A stretch of DNA of 64,000 nucleotides. Origin: Botryllus schlosseri. Taxonomy: Eukaryota. The notes beneath the pieces are model-generated. The model was not told the origin of the DNA, did not search any database, and saw nothing but the letters and a program-made list of their open reading frames with translations. The stretch is from NCBI GenBank assembly GCA_051294905.1, contig CM119371.1, positions 12,960,001 to 13,024,000 of the forward strand, in the 5' to 3' direction. Below, piece after piece: positions 27,317 to 39,600 of the stretch (position 1 is its first letter; each line of letters starts with the position of its first letter). Position numbers and translations under genes: made by a program.

Positions 27317-28041
27317 CAGGGCCGGCCAACCCGTGGCCCGCGGGCCACATGTGGCCCGCGAGAAGGTTTTGATTGGCCCGCGAGGTCATTTCCTCTAATT
27401 TCTAATATCATCAAAAATGGATTGCACAGATTGTGAACTTGCAAGGCCCACCAAAAATTTGATTAGTCTGGCCGCAACACTTGAGATATGATGACTAAAA
27501 TATCGATTCCGACGCATTGACAGATCCATCAGCCATTCACATATTGGTATATCTTCGGATACTGCAATAAAGCAGAATAATTTGCGGTAGATTTATCGAA
27601 AGTAAAAATTTTCTACAAGCTTGGCGCAACATGTTGTCACTCGATTTCTTGTTTTTATTACTGTTGCCCTTTTGTGAAAATGGAGGAACACCTAATATAT
27701 CAGACTGAGTCGAACTATATTCGCGATTACGAGACAAAGTGTCGTTCAACATATGCGACATTGCGTTTGCGCTCGCAGTAAGACCGTCGACTATGAAACC
27801 TAGGCACGAAATGATTGACGCATGTTGGTCGCATCTTTTGATATCGATATGTCCAAGCGCCGAATGGCCCAGTCCTCGCAAAATTAGCCCAGCGATATAC
27901 AACAGGCCCACAATGTAGTCAAATGACAATATCATTGACCTATGAACTTCGAAAAATTTTCGCGCCTGGCGCGACTAGTGGCGCGCGCAACAATTCGTCA
28001 ATCAAATGTGGCCCGTTGGCTGTAAAGGTTGGCCAGCCCTG
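27317..28041. mobile_element. hAT-type MITE, same family as 6975-7698
   Basis: Same TIRs; exact TSD AGTTAAAC. Confidence 0.95.
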
Positions 28042-28206
28042 AGTTAAACATTTAATATGTGGACCTATCAATTGGCAGCAGAATTTGGTATATTTTGAAA
28101 ACAGTGTGTTCTCATTAACTCGAACTTTTACAAAAATCGCAATTGTCACAGCCAAAGATAGTGCCAAATTCTGCCGATTTTCTTTTGCAGTCAATTGACT
28201 ATTAGG

Positions 28207-28715
28207 CAGTGTTGTAACCAAGTCACAAGCTTCCGAGTCACAAGGTAATCTTACTTTTATAGTTTTGACTCGAGTCAAGTCGCGTCATTTTCAATTCACC
28301 ACCGAGTCAAGTCAGTGAGCAGGGGGTAGAGTCCGAGTCATTGTATTATTACTCGAGTCCGAGTCCAAGTCATTGTGTGGATTGATTGGTTTCCAGTTAA
28401 AGTTTTGAACAACTTTCATAACCCTGTTTTGTGATATCGAATGGTTCGCATTTATATTATACTAATTTTAACCAGTGTATTTTTAGATACTAATACTAAC
28501 AGACGAAATCCCAACAGTGTGCAATGAAATGTCGGTATTGACCGTATGAATCTCGAGTCATATGACTAGGTACGAGTCATGCGCAAATAATCGAGTCCAA
28601 GTCGAGTCAATATACAGATTGACTCGAGTCGTGTCGAGTCATTTCGTAGTTTAAGAAAATGACTCGAGTCAAGTCGAGTCATCAAAAAATCGTGACTCAA
28701 TTCATTACAACTCTT
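28207..28715. mobile_element. hAT-type MITE (GACTCGAGTC-rich family), reverse orientation relative to 1323
   Basis: Ends cagtgttgtaa/ttacaactctt; exact TSD CTATTAGG. Confidence 0.88.
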
Positions 28716-29816
28716 CTATTAGGAGAAAATTATCCCACAATCTGATAGCAAGATTGTTTTCTGAATGTGCAGAAACTAGTAATGTCGCACACAGCAGCGA
28801 ATTTGCGATCCAATACATAGGCCCACTTGGCATAATTTTAACAGCGAATTTAGACGACCTAGTTGTCTGGATTGATAGAATAAACGAACGACTAGGGCAG
28901 TGGTTTTAAACCGGTGTGATGTGACACACTATTGTGTCATTCACGTCTCGCAAGGGTGCCGCGAGAAATTCTTCAATTTTCGAAATTATACGCAAAATTA
29001 TTCTAGTCTACAGCAAACAATCAATAATCTAAATCGGTTTCGATGTGAAGTTTGTATATTTAACAAATCAAAGTTGCTGTCATGCAGGCAATCAATATCC
29101 ACCGCTAATTCGCTTTTAATGACATATTTCTTCGAAGGCTCGATTAGGTTTTGCTCAATACGTTGATTCATCGCAGAGAAGAGTAGACATGACGGTGCCT
29201 GTGTGATAATGCAATTTTCAAATCCGCATTATCGTACTAATCGCAAGAGACAAATGAACTCATTTGGAAGTGATGTTCACGTTGACGAATCCGAATTACG
29301 AACTAGCCATCCATATTGTGATTGTTAGATGCGTGCCTGCACTGAGGTTGAAATATGGGCTTGTAGCGAAACGTTATTACAGGTGACGAATTTGAGAATT
29401 GAGAAGTAACGTTCATGAACCTATATCAGTAAACATATTTTCCGGCCATAGAGGTAATTATCCCGGTTTGGTGAAAGCTTGGAAATATAGTCTTGAACTG
29501 TTGTTGGTTGCCAGTAGAACTATCCACACGCGTGCTGCACGATCTGCGTGGAAATGCGTTTGCCATCCATGGTTAATTATAAAACGAAAGTGTATTCCTA
29601 GAATCGGTTGAAGCCGTTTGAATGGTTTAATAAGAGACCGTGGTTCCAAACCTAGGGTCGTTTGCCTTTATCATGGGGATCGCAAACATGTTGAACATAC
29701 TCAGTTTCCAAAATATACCCTGAGTAAGTCTGGACAAAGCTTTGAGAGTTCGACATCATATTGGCAGACATTGTATTCATTTGTCATTGTTGAGCCCGCT
29801 AGCAGGCACTAAATAG

Positions 29817-30774
29817 TAGGGATGGTGTGAACGTGAGGGACACGTTCGCGTTCTGTGTGTGAACCTCGGAAATTTAGAGGTTCACGTTCACAAACGAACC
29901 TTGGTAGGTTCTGCACTGTGAACCTTTTTCATATATTACAATTTTCCACCTCATTATAGCATTATAAGTTAAAATTCATCACATTTCAACTGCGGGCCAC
30001 TCTATGCATTGCGCTGGCAGCATAAAAAAAATCAACACAAAACGAGCATGCACCTTGACAATCTCAAAATTTTTACTTGCATTGTTACAAAAGTTTGCTT
30101 GAAATATCCAGTTTCCCGTTTGTAAATATTTAGTGACTCTTTGCTTTGAGCTTGACCCGCAATCACACAATATCAAGAACGAAATACGCTACAGTTTAGT
30201 CAGCAAACGATGCTTATTCAACCAATCAATGTAATTCATATAAAGAATACATCGTTGTCTAATGTAAAAAATCTAGCTGGCGTACGGGGACCATCTCGAT
30301 TTTATATGTTTATTGTATCATAAAGAACAAATCCATGTGATTGGGGTGTTGGCTACGCCTGCATAACTTATTAATGGGATAAAATCGGTAGCAAGTATAG
30401 AAATCCTTTCTACACTCTGCTCAGTAACAATGTAGCAATACTCCGGTCTGGCCTAGACCGTTCAGGCGTAAGCTTATATTCTCTTACAAGGCTTCGTCGA
30501 TATTGACTTTATGTGATTATTATATCATTTGCTTGCTCCAGATGATATATTTGGGGACGTTTAAGAAGTTGATATGCACTTCAGCTATGTGGCCCGAGTC
30601 GTCGCTAGCGATCGTGTTGTACATTAATATATCACTTCACTGAAATGTAGGGTTGGAATTAGCAAAATGACGTCACGTTACGTCATGAAGTCCACGTTCA
30701 CGTTCACACAGAACCTTTAAAACAGGTTCGCGTTCACACGAACCTGAACCTTTCAGAGGTCCACACCATCCCTA
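29817..30774. mobile_element. hAT-type MITE (GTTCAC/GAACC-rich), present only in copy 1
   Basis: TIRs tagggatggtgtg/cacaccatcccta; exact TSD CTAAATAG. Confidence 0.9.
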
Positions 30775-31119
30775 CTAAATAGTACCAAAATAGTGACACC
30801 ATAGACCACTAACATAGTGACACTAGCATTAATATTTGAATCTGGAAATGACTAATATTCTTGGAATCCAAATCCGTGTCGATTTTGAAATTATTTCTAA
30901 TAAAGGCAGTGAATTCGCATCATGTTGCTTCGGAAAATATCTTTCCAGTGAAATTTGATTGCCTACGAATTTGCTGAAAGCACGAAATATCAGCATTGGC
31001 TTTGTAATGTACGTTGTACGGAATATCTTTCAGCCGTAACGTAAATATATTCTGACCTCCATACCATCTTTCACGATTAGTTCTCCTCAACCTTTCATAA
31101 AGTATTTCCATCGTTCCAG

Positions 31120-31224
31120 GTGAAGAAATTGGATTTGTACGCCAACAATGTCCCAGCAACAGCATTGCGTTCACTTCTCGGGCATCGTCGGATTGAATCG
31201 CTATCTGGAAAATTGGATTGGGAT
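31120..31224 (+). CDS. NLR LRR exon A1 (alternatively a terminal exon reading on to TGA at 31240-31242)
   Basis: Acceptor tttccatcgttccag|, phase 0, matching the 11330 donor. Encodes VKKLDLYANNVPATALRSLLGHRRIESLSGKLDWD (LxxLxLxxN motif), then gtgaga. Confidence 0.8.
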
Positions 31225-31380
31225 GTGAGATCGATTCCGTGATTTAATTGCGTACTCACAAGCATATAGGCGCCGGAGTATAATTTATGTGGATATGCAG
31301 AGACTTGTGACGTGACAATCGCTCATGATCCGTGACGCCATAGTTGTCATAAGAAGTATTATACTACATATCCTCTGTAT

Positions 31381-31865
31381 TAGGGCTGTTAAAAAACATG
31401 TTATTCAGATTTCAGTGGCTATGTTATAAAATTGTTAGGTTAACGAAAACAATGCTGCACACCAACTTTGGGTGAGTTGCATTCAGTAGAAGCGATTTTT
31501 TTGCAGTAGAAACTTTTGGATTTATCATGAAAAAAAATGTCAATCCCATAAAATTGTTGGGCTGTCAGTAGAGATGATGCACACCAAATTAGGCTTAATT
31601 TCAACCACTAGAAGCGAAGTTTTACTGCAGTAGAATAAATTTGTATTCGAATGAAATAGTTTTTACGGTGACTAACTCTCTAATTATTTACTTAACTAGC
31701 TGGTTCGTGGTACAGTACTTCAATTTACCTTTCAGTACAACATCCATTGTAGTAGAATATTTATTAAAATTGAAGACTTTTCGGTGCCTCTTTTCAAGAG
31801 TTAACGGCACACTGAAGGAAGTTAAACAGATTTGGTTTTGCTTCTAAATCTGTTCAAATCCATTT
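31381..31865. mobile_element. Left arm of the foldback MITE that is complete in copy 2 (59499-60348)
   Basis: tagggctgtt... after flank ctctgtat; right arm absent, and sequence rejoins copy-2 homology at ctcctaatcaacaaagtg. Confidence 0.75.
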
Positions 31866-32479
31866 ACCACTCCTAATCAACAAAGTGTGCATCTGATTTT
31901 CAGGCCAACACAATTAGTTTGACATCGCATAGCGAAATTGTTCACTGATCATAATCAGGGCTAGGCAAAATCGAGTATCTGAGTGATTCGATTCTGAATC
32001 TTATATTAAGCGTCGAGTCGAGTATTCGACTATCACTCATTATGACGTCATAGCATAACGTAATATGTTAAAATCTGTTACTTTTATGCCACCACAAATA
32101 TTATAATGCCTGTTGTTATACATCAAATTAAAGATACTTCGGTAATTTTTCGAACAGTACGATTTCATTGTAGTTTGTAGCAATGTGGTGGGATGATCAT
32201 GACTAAGGCAAGTTTTTGCAGCTTCTGCAACTTTTTTTACAGCTTCCGACAGCTTCGTAGATACTCAGAATCTATGTACTATGATGTTTTAAGCTGTTTG
32301 AAGGGATTTTATTGTGCAAATTTTTTCAACTTTTCCCAATTTCTATTGAACCTTTTATCAAATATCGCGTAAAAACATAAAGGAATGATTTAAAAACAGG
32401 CTATAAAAATAAAGTATTTTTAGTGTGGTTCTATTCTTTTTGATTTGAAGAGGCTTTTTGGGGTACAGAACTTTAATAT

Positions 32480-33554
32480 ACATTTTAATAATATATTCAT
32501 ACTAGAAATATATCAAAACCCGAAGCTTTTCGAGCCAACACTCATCAGGGGTAATCGTCGGCATAAAGAGAATTTCAAAAACTTGCATATAACTACATTG
32601 TATACATCCAATTGTGACGTCATAGAAACAAAACAACATCAAGTGCAGACAAACCGCGAGCGCAGCTAGTGGCCAATTTTTAGCTGAAGCAAACGTTCCT
32701 TTTGCTGGCATAAGCGTGGTTGATGGATCTTAATGAATGTTGATTCCAGCGCGGACAAGTGGAACAGTGTGCGGCCTTTACCCAAAATTGAGAATCTGTC
32801 GTCACTATAGTTATTGGCGCAAGTAGCATTCTCAGCTAAATGCCTGCCAATGGCAGAGTTCATTGCCACGGCCTGATTGTGTTCCAACACCCTTAGGTCA
32901 GTTTCAGTTTCAGCGGCCTGTCCCTGGAACTTTAATGTACGAAGTCTAATAACGCGCGGTACATGTTGTTTGATACGTTCCTGCAGGCGCTGAGTTGTTC
33001 TTCCTACGTACCGACAATCACAGTGGCACTTAAATTCGTAAACTAAATGGCTTTGTTGAGAAGCGGGAAGAACATCTTTGCGCGTTGCAGGAAGTAGTTG
33101 TTTGGTGGTGAATACAACGTTCGTCTTGACGTTGTCGTAACAACGGTCTACGGCGGAGATTAACTGTTTCTCAAAACGAGAAGAGATGGGGCCCAACCAC
33201 GGTAAATGTATGTATACATTATTCTCAGGGCGTTCGTTTGTGTTTTGGGAATCGCTGGCATTGAAATTGTTGAGTTTTCTGTCCATAGAGCGCTTGATGA
33301 TATGTTCCGGGTAACCGTTATCAATTAAAATTTTCCGGATATATTCGAGTTCCGAGTTTAATTTTACATCCGAACAGACCATCAATGCTCTATGTACCAA
33401 TGTTCCAATTAAATTCAGTTTACGGCGGTTTGGGCTGAACGAATTCCAACGCAGATATTGTCCGGTAAATGTTGGTTTCCGGTACACCGAAGTAACGATG
33501 TTAATACCCCGTTTCTCTACAAGAACGTCCAAGAACGGTAACGAGCTGTCGCAC
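32480..33554 (-). mobile_element. Inverted 3' part (1075 bp) of the Penelope-like element
   Basis: Reverse complement of 34431-35505; its 288-aa translation matches the + copy and I saw no mismatch. Confidence 0.97.
32518..32552 (-). ncRNA. Minimal type I hammerhead ribozyme (mirror copy)
   Basis: Reverse complement of 35433-35467. Confidence 0.8.
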
Positions 33555-33555
33555 G

Positions 33556-35319
33556 AGCATACACATCACCAAACCCGACAAAGGTTCTGGTGTTGTTATT
33601 TTGAACAAACATGATTACGTTCTTAAAATGAATTCAGTACTGGGTGATGAATCGAAATTCAAGGCACTGGGTCCCGCTGCTAATTTTGACGATACCGCGA
33701 GGACTGAAAGACGGATACAACGCCGACTTTTCCGCTTGAAGGAAAATGGCTCCATATCATCGGAGATTTACGCGTCCGTCAGGCCAGTCGGATCGCAGAG
33801 GCCACGAATGTATGGACTTCCGAAAACGCACAAACCCAACGTGCCCGTTCGGCCGATTCTTTCCATGATTGGATCGGCTCAGCACAAGCTCGCGAAGTGG
33901 CTGATTGATATTTTAGAACCAGTGCGTTCATTGTATGGCTCGCACTGTGCCACCGATTCATTTACGTTTGCGCGCGAGATGAAAACCGCCAACCTGCCGC
34001 ATTCGAACATGTTCCTCGGGTCTTATGATATCATTAGTCTTTTCACGAACGTACCGTTGAAAGAGACAATTGATATCTGTGCTTGTGCGCTATACGATAG
34101 TGATTTGCCACCACCCCCTTTCTCGCGTAAAGTTTTGGTTGAACTTTTGAATATGGCCACTTGCTCTGTTGAATTTAGTTTTAATGATACTATGTATAGA
34201 CAAACCGATGGCTTAGCGATGGGATCCCCTCTCGGCCCGATTTTAGCTAATATATTCGTGGGATTCCATGAGAACAAATTATTCACAGCTGATACAATCA
34301 AAAAACCTTTTATGTATCGTCGATATGTGGACGACACATTCGTCATCTGCGATAACGAGGCAGAGTTTGACGATTTTCTGGATAACTTGAATGCGCTACA
34401 TCCTTCATTGAAATTCACATTTGAAAAAGAGTGCGACAGCTCGTTACCGTTCTTGGACGTTCTTGTAGAGAAACGGGGTATTAACATCGTTACTTCGGTG
34501 TACCGGAAACCAACATTTACCGGACAATATCTGCGTTGGAATTCGTTCAGCCCAAACCGCCGTAAACTGAATTTAATTGGAACATTGGTACATAGAGCAT
34601 TGATGGTCTGTTCGGATGTAAAATTAAACTCGGAACTCGAATATATCCGGAAAATTTTAATTGATAACGGTTACCCGGAACATATCATCAAGCGCTCTAT
34701 GGACAGAAAACTCAACAATTTCAATGCCAGCGATTCCCAAAACACAAACGAACGCCCTGAGAATAATGTATACATACATTTACCGTGGTTGGGCCCCATC
34801 TCTTCTCGTTTTGAGAAACAGTTAATCTCCGCCGTAGACCGTTGTTACGACAACGTCAAGACGAACGTTGTATTCACCACCAAACAACTACTTCCTGCAA
34901 CGCGCAAAGATGTTCTTCCCGCTTCTCAACAAAGCCATTTAGTTTACGAATTTAAGTGCCACTGTGATTGTCGGTACGTAGGAAGAACAACTCAGCGCCT
35001 GCAGGAACGTATCAAACAACATGTACCGCGCGTTATTAGACTTCGTACATTAAAGTTCCAGGGACAGGCCGCTGAAACTGAAACTGACCTAAGGGTGTTG
35101 GAACACAATCAGGCCGTGGCAATGAACTCTGCCATTGGCAGGCATTTAGCTGAGAATGCTACTTGCGCCAATAACTATAGTGACGACAGATTCTCAATTT
35201 TGGGTAAAGGCCGCACACTGTTCCACTTGTCCGCGCTGGAATCAACATTCATTAAGATCCATCAACCACGCTTATGCCAGCAAAAGGAACGTTTGCTTCA
35301 GCTAAAAATTGGCCACTAG
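33556..35319 (+). CDS. PLE reverse transcriptase plus GIY-YIG endonuclease, N-terminally truncated, no internal stops
   Basis: Motifs ITKPDKG, MYGLPKTHK..VPVRPI, SYDIISLFTNVP, GLAMGSPLGP, RYVDDTF, FLDV, VYRKPT; GIY-YIG-type VYEFKC.CDCRYVGRT...RIKQH. Confidence 0.95.
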   Translation, partial: SIHITKPDKGSGVVILNKHDYVLKMNSVLGDESKFKALGPAANFDDTARTERRIQRRLFRLKENGSISSEIYASVRPVGSQRPRMYGLPKTHKPNVPVRPILSMIGSAQHKLAKWLIDILEPVRSLYGSHCATDSFTFAREMKTANLPHSNMFLGSYDIISLFTNVPLKETIDICACALYDSDLPPPPFSRKVLVELLNMATCSVEFSFNDTMYRQTDGLAMGSPLGPILANIFVGFHENKLFTADTIKKPFMYRRYVDDTFVICDNEAEFDDFLDNLNALHPSLKFTFEKECDSSLPFLDVLVEKRGINIVTSVYRKPTFTGQYLRWNSFSPNRRKLNLIGTLVHRALMVCSDVKLNSELEYIRKILIDNGYPEHIIKRSMDRKLNNFNASDSQNTNERPENNVYIHLPWLGPISSRFEKQLISAVDRCYDNVKTNVVFTTKQLLPATRKDVLPASQQSHLVYEFKCHCDCRYVGRTTQRLQERIKQHVPRVIRLRTLKFQGQAAETETDLRVLEHNQAVAMNSAIGRHLAENATCANNYSDDRFSILGKGRTLFHLSALESTFIKIHQPRLCQQKERLLQLKIGH

Positions 35320-35432
35320 CTGCGCTCGCGGTTTGTCTGCACTTGATGTTGTTTTGTTTCTATGACGTCACAATTGGATGTATACAATGTAGTTATATGC
35401 AAGTTTTTGAAATTCTCTTTATGCCGACGATT

Positions 35433-35467
35433 ACCCCTGATGAGTGTTGGCTCGAAAAGCTTCGGGT
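35433..35467 (+). ncRNA. Minimal type I hammerhead ribozyme in the PLE 3' region
   Basis: accc-CTGATGA-gtgttggctc-GAAA-agct-TC-gggt: stem I accc/gggt, intact core, palindromic stem III AAGCTT, predicted cleavage after C35463. Confidence 0.8.
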
Positions 35468-36046
35468 TTTGATATATTTCTAGTATGAATATATTATTAA
35501 AATGTCTTTTTGATTTGAATAACAAAGAGCTATTTGATGGGTTAGCTGCATCTCACTATCTATGACACAGTAGTTTGCAAGCAAGAAGTTCAATTACCCC
35601 TGCCAAGAATACGACCATGCCCGAATAATAGCCTTTGTTAATAGATCACGTTATTAATTCTGTCGTTTAAATTTGAGATACCTTCCCATTTCACGAACGT
35701 TCAGGCGAGACCACCGAAAATAACATTTTCACTGGGTCACCTTTGTAAAACTATTGATTTTGTTAAAGTTGCCAGGTGTGAGTTTTTCTGGACCACCTTG
35801 GGTCAAGCTTGCAGACCTAGGGTTTGGGGTGCGTTACTTGACTTTTTTTAGTAGGAGAGGGTTATCGCTATGCTGTTTGGCTTTTGTGGGAAATTATTCC
35901 CGCATTGTGTAATTTTCTTGCTGTGTACCGGGAAAAAATCCTCGGTAAATAAAGTAACTTTCATTGTCGAGGAACGCATAATTTCGGTACTTGAAAAAAA
36001 TCAACTTTTACTACTCGACTCGAATCAACAAAATCGCAATATTCAG

Positions 36047-36169
36047 GTTGTCAAGCTGATTGTCGGGCCATCGGAGCTTGTTGAATTGAAGAACGAAGAA
36101 GATGTCATCAAGATAGGTGGTACAAAGGTTTTAGGTCACCTCAGTATCAAGGTGATTCAACTTCGATAA
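36047..36169 (+). other. Coding-like block B1 (exon or remnant of a transposon accessory ORF)
   Basis: VVKLIVGPSELVELKNEEDVIKIGG..GH aligns in frame with B2 (VVKLTVGGWDVILKNEEDLIKISG..GH); no convincing shared donor. Confidence 0.35.
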
Positions 36170-36607
36170 CAAGTCCATACTGTACACAACACTAGGGACG
36201 TAAAGCGATGACTTTGCGGTATAGTATCGCCAGGCTGTAGCTTATGACGTCATTATGAGCGTCATGAAGACATCATGCTTTTGTCAAGAATAGTAAGAAA
36301 ATAACTTGTGAAGTACATTTAGGATTTTAAGAGCTTCTTGGGGGTACAGAACTTCAATATACAATAAAAATCGAAGGATTGCGGTTTTTTATCGCTATTT
36401 TCAACAGAAAAGCAATATTTTTCAAATAGTCTGAAGTGTTTCACTGGAAAATTCTGTGGTGGGGGTGGGGGCATTCAAGGTATATTCTTGAAAAATTTAT
36501 GTATAACACTATTGTGGCAGTAAGCGGTACTTGACACCATCATTATCGTGCCATACAAGTGACATAACTGCGAGTTGAAATCGAATAGTTAATTTTCCTC
36601 AATTTAA

Positions 36608-39600
36608 AGGTCAACTATATCGACGAAAACAACTTTGGCTAATTCTATAGAGTTTATTCTGCTGATTCCAATAATGTGCATCTTACCTTCTAAAATTAAG
36701 TATTTTCTGAGATATCGTAGTTAAAACAGCCAACTGCTGAGAAACGGTTGTAAAATCATCAACCATGACGAGTGACGTAGCTAGCATGATGTTTTGCAGA
36801 AGTGGAAGCCAGAGGTAAGTGGCTCAACACATATCGGATGATTTATTATGCGTTTAATTACTTCGTTAGGTTCGACTTGGCTATTAAATCGTCATTTTAT
36901 GTTACTTTAGCTTTATTTAATTTACCATGGATAATGTAGAGGGAGTTATAGTGAAAAAACGGAAATTTAATCTTGGTGGACGGAGGTGCGTTGCATATGG
37001 CTGCTCAAATAGCCAATACAGTCTACCGAAAGTGTCTTTCCATACGTTTCCCGATGTTAACAAAGATAAAGAACGCCATGAGACGTGGGTGAGAATGATC
37101 AGAAGGACCCGCGATAATTGGAAAGGGCCGCCGCCGAAATCTTCTCCTGCATATCACGGTTGTGTTTTATGTTCTGACCACTTTGACGAGGACCAATACC
37201 TTCCCGTAAATAAGGTGAAAGAATCATTAGGGTTTCGCTGTCGAGTGGGATTATTGAAGCCAGGTGCCGTTCCAATGAAATTCTATAACAGAAGTCATGA
37301 CAGGGAACCAAAAAAGCCTAAAGTAGCATCTGCAGTTCAAAAACTAGACAGAGCAAGAAAACGAGCAGCAACGACAATGGACACAGACACCGATGACAAG
37401 GTAATAACTTGCTGTACTACATGTTTATTGTTCGATCTGCAATATTTAGCTAGAGAAGCCGTCTTTGATATGACTTGACACTGGACATTCATTATCTATT
37501 TGAAACACCTTGAACAGACAGAAAACTCATTGCGCTCAATGCAGGTCTCCAAGTTTCTAGAAAGTGTTGGACAAACAGATGAGGATGCACCTGGATGCTC
37601 TACAGCATTCCCTATGTTATGCAAGTCCAGTCCACATGCTGTCCAGTCCATCCATTTTAGGAGCAAGGGTATGAATAATTGTTTGTTGAAGTTTTAGCAG
37701 AACCTCACGTATTAGTTTTCCAGGAGTTACAGCAACCCCACCTATGTCGGATTTCTCCAGTCAGTTCGGCGAAAGTTTCTTGCCTTCCAGTCAGTACATC
37801 AGCAGCGGTAGCAATTCTGATAGTGAATCGGAAGTCGATGATTACCTGCCTGAAAGTGATGAATCTTCTGAGTAAGTCATTTAAAATGTTGAAGTAGCGT
37901 TTCGAATTACAAGATGAATTTTTGTTATAGGCTTTCTGAGGATGAAGATGTTCATCTGACGTTTGTCATGGTAGAAAAGAAGAAGCTGGTTAATCTATTT
38001 TCACAGTGCCCAGTCTGTAGCTCAGAAGCTTCGCTCCGGGAGAACTGTTCTGGCAGCTTATTGACTATTCATCAGCTATGTGACAATGATTCTTGCAAAT
38101 TTAAACGAGTTTGGAAAAGTCAGGAGCAACTGAGCAGAGGAACCAGTGAAGGAAATATTGCAATAAGTAATGCGATATTCATGAGTGGATCTTCCCCTGC
38201 AAAGGCTTTGAAGATGTTCAAGTTCATGGGAATGCATGTTATCTCCTATGCTGCTTACATGCAACACCAAAAAACTTTCATAATTCCATCAGTTGATTAT
38301 ATTTATGACGAAGAGAAGGCAGCATGTATGGCAAGGGTGGCAGGACACTCATTAACCATTTCGGGTGACGGAAGGTTAGATGCTTTTTATCATACCTAAC
38401 CTTGTTTATTAGGAATGAATACCTGTCCAAATCATGGTGTGTTTTAAGAGCTGATAGTCCGGGGCACTCTGCCAAATATATGGTTTACTCTTTGATGGAC
38501 ACAACCACAAAGAATATTTTATGTTGCGAGTTGGTTCAGGTGTGTATGTTTAGCATTTATTGCACTCTTAAAAATTTATAAAGCACAGTTGTATTTTTCA
38601 AGTCAAACGAAACTGGAGTAAGTTCGTACATGGAGAAGGAAGGTCTGCGGCGTTGTCTAGCTTCAGTAATGCAATCCGCTACAGTAAAAGAGCTTGTGAC
38701 TGATAGACATCCACAGATCCGAAAGTACCTCCGTGATGAATGTCCAGAAGTCAAGCATTCCTTTGACACTTGGCACATTGCAAAGGGTATCATACTCATT
38801 TATCTCTCCTTGTTTTCGTGGTTAATGTGCCGACATCAGCTATAGTGACTCAGTTGCACGCTATTTCAGGATTGAAAAAGAAATTATCCGCCTTGTCGAA
38901 GAGGAAGTACTGTAAGCGTATTGCACTGTGGCAAAAGGCCCTGACAGCACAACTTTACTTCTGTGCAAGGCGAGGGGATGGAAATTGAGAGGTTAACACC
39001 GAAGTTTGGAAGGCTGTTGGTAACCACATCACCAACCAACATGTTCACCCAGAGAACACACATTTTCCTGCTTGTGAACATGCGGAGTTGACTATTCCAC
39101 GGCAATGGTTCAGTGAAGGTATGCAAAAATAATTCAATGACGGCACCACTTATTATTCGAATACAAGCAGAATGCTGCTAATATGTGAATGATCAAATCT
39201 ATTGGTTCAGAATCAATTCAATACCAGAAACTGCATGACCTGATTTATTCTAGACGTATGATGAATGACATCAAGCAGTTGTCTGGGTCAAGCAACACTT
39301 CGGGAAATGAAACCTTCAACGCCCTTCTGAATCACTTTGCTCCCAAGCTATATCATTACAGATACAGAAGTCAGCGTGCAAGGCAAGTAGGCTTATGCAG
39401 CTCTGTTTCAATCGAATATCTGTCCAATGGAACCACCACCTCTTTAGGATGCGACTAGCTGTTCTGCATTTTAATGAGAATAGCTGCAGGGAACACAAAA
39501 GAAGCAGGTCAGGAGAACCGCTTTTTGCGGTGAAGTATGTCAAATACAAGGAAGGGTGTCAGATAAAAAAAGTGCTGACGGATGCTACATACAGTAAGCC

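Larger units (their letters stand above)
33555..35505 (+). mobile_element. 5'-truncated Penelope-like element (PLE)
   Basis: RT plus GIY-YIG ORF followed by a ~190-bp 3' region containing a hammerhead core. Confidence 0.95.

Noticed and set aside
27537..28278. 132-aa and 112-aa minus-strand ORFs
   Set aside because: They lie in or across MITEs, and the frame is not conserved in the sibling copy at 6975-7698.
32666..33532. 288-aa minus-strand ORF as a separate GIY-YIG gene
   Set aside because: It is the inverted duplicate of the PLE ORF C-terminus, and it starts at an internal TTG next to the inversion junction.
34023..34487. 154-aa antisense ORF and similar ORFs opposite the NACHT, LINE and gag frames
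   Set aside because: These are shadow ORFs of real coding frames with no independent motifs.
36200..36298. Mini-exon RHEDIMLLSRI|gtaaga (paralog RHEDELLLLRI|gtaagc at ~62093-62125)
   Set aside because: Both copies have an in-frame TGA just upstream, and no credible in-phase acceptor follows it.
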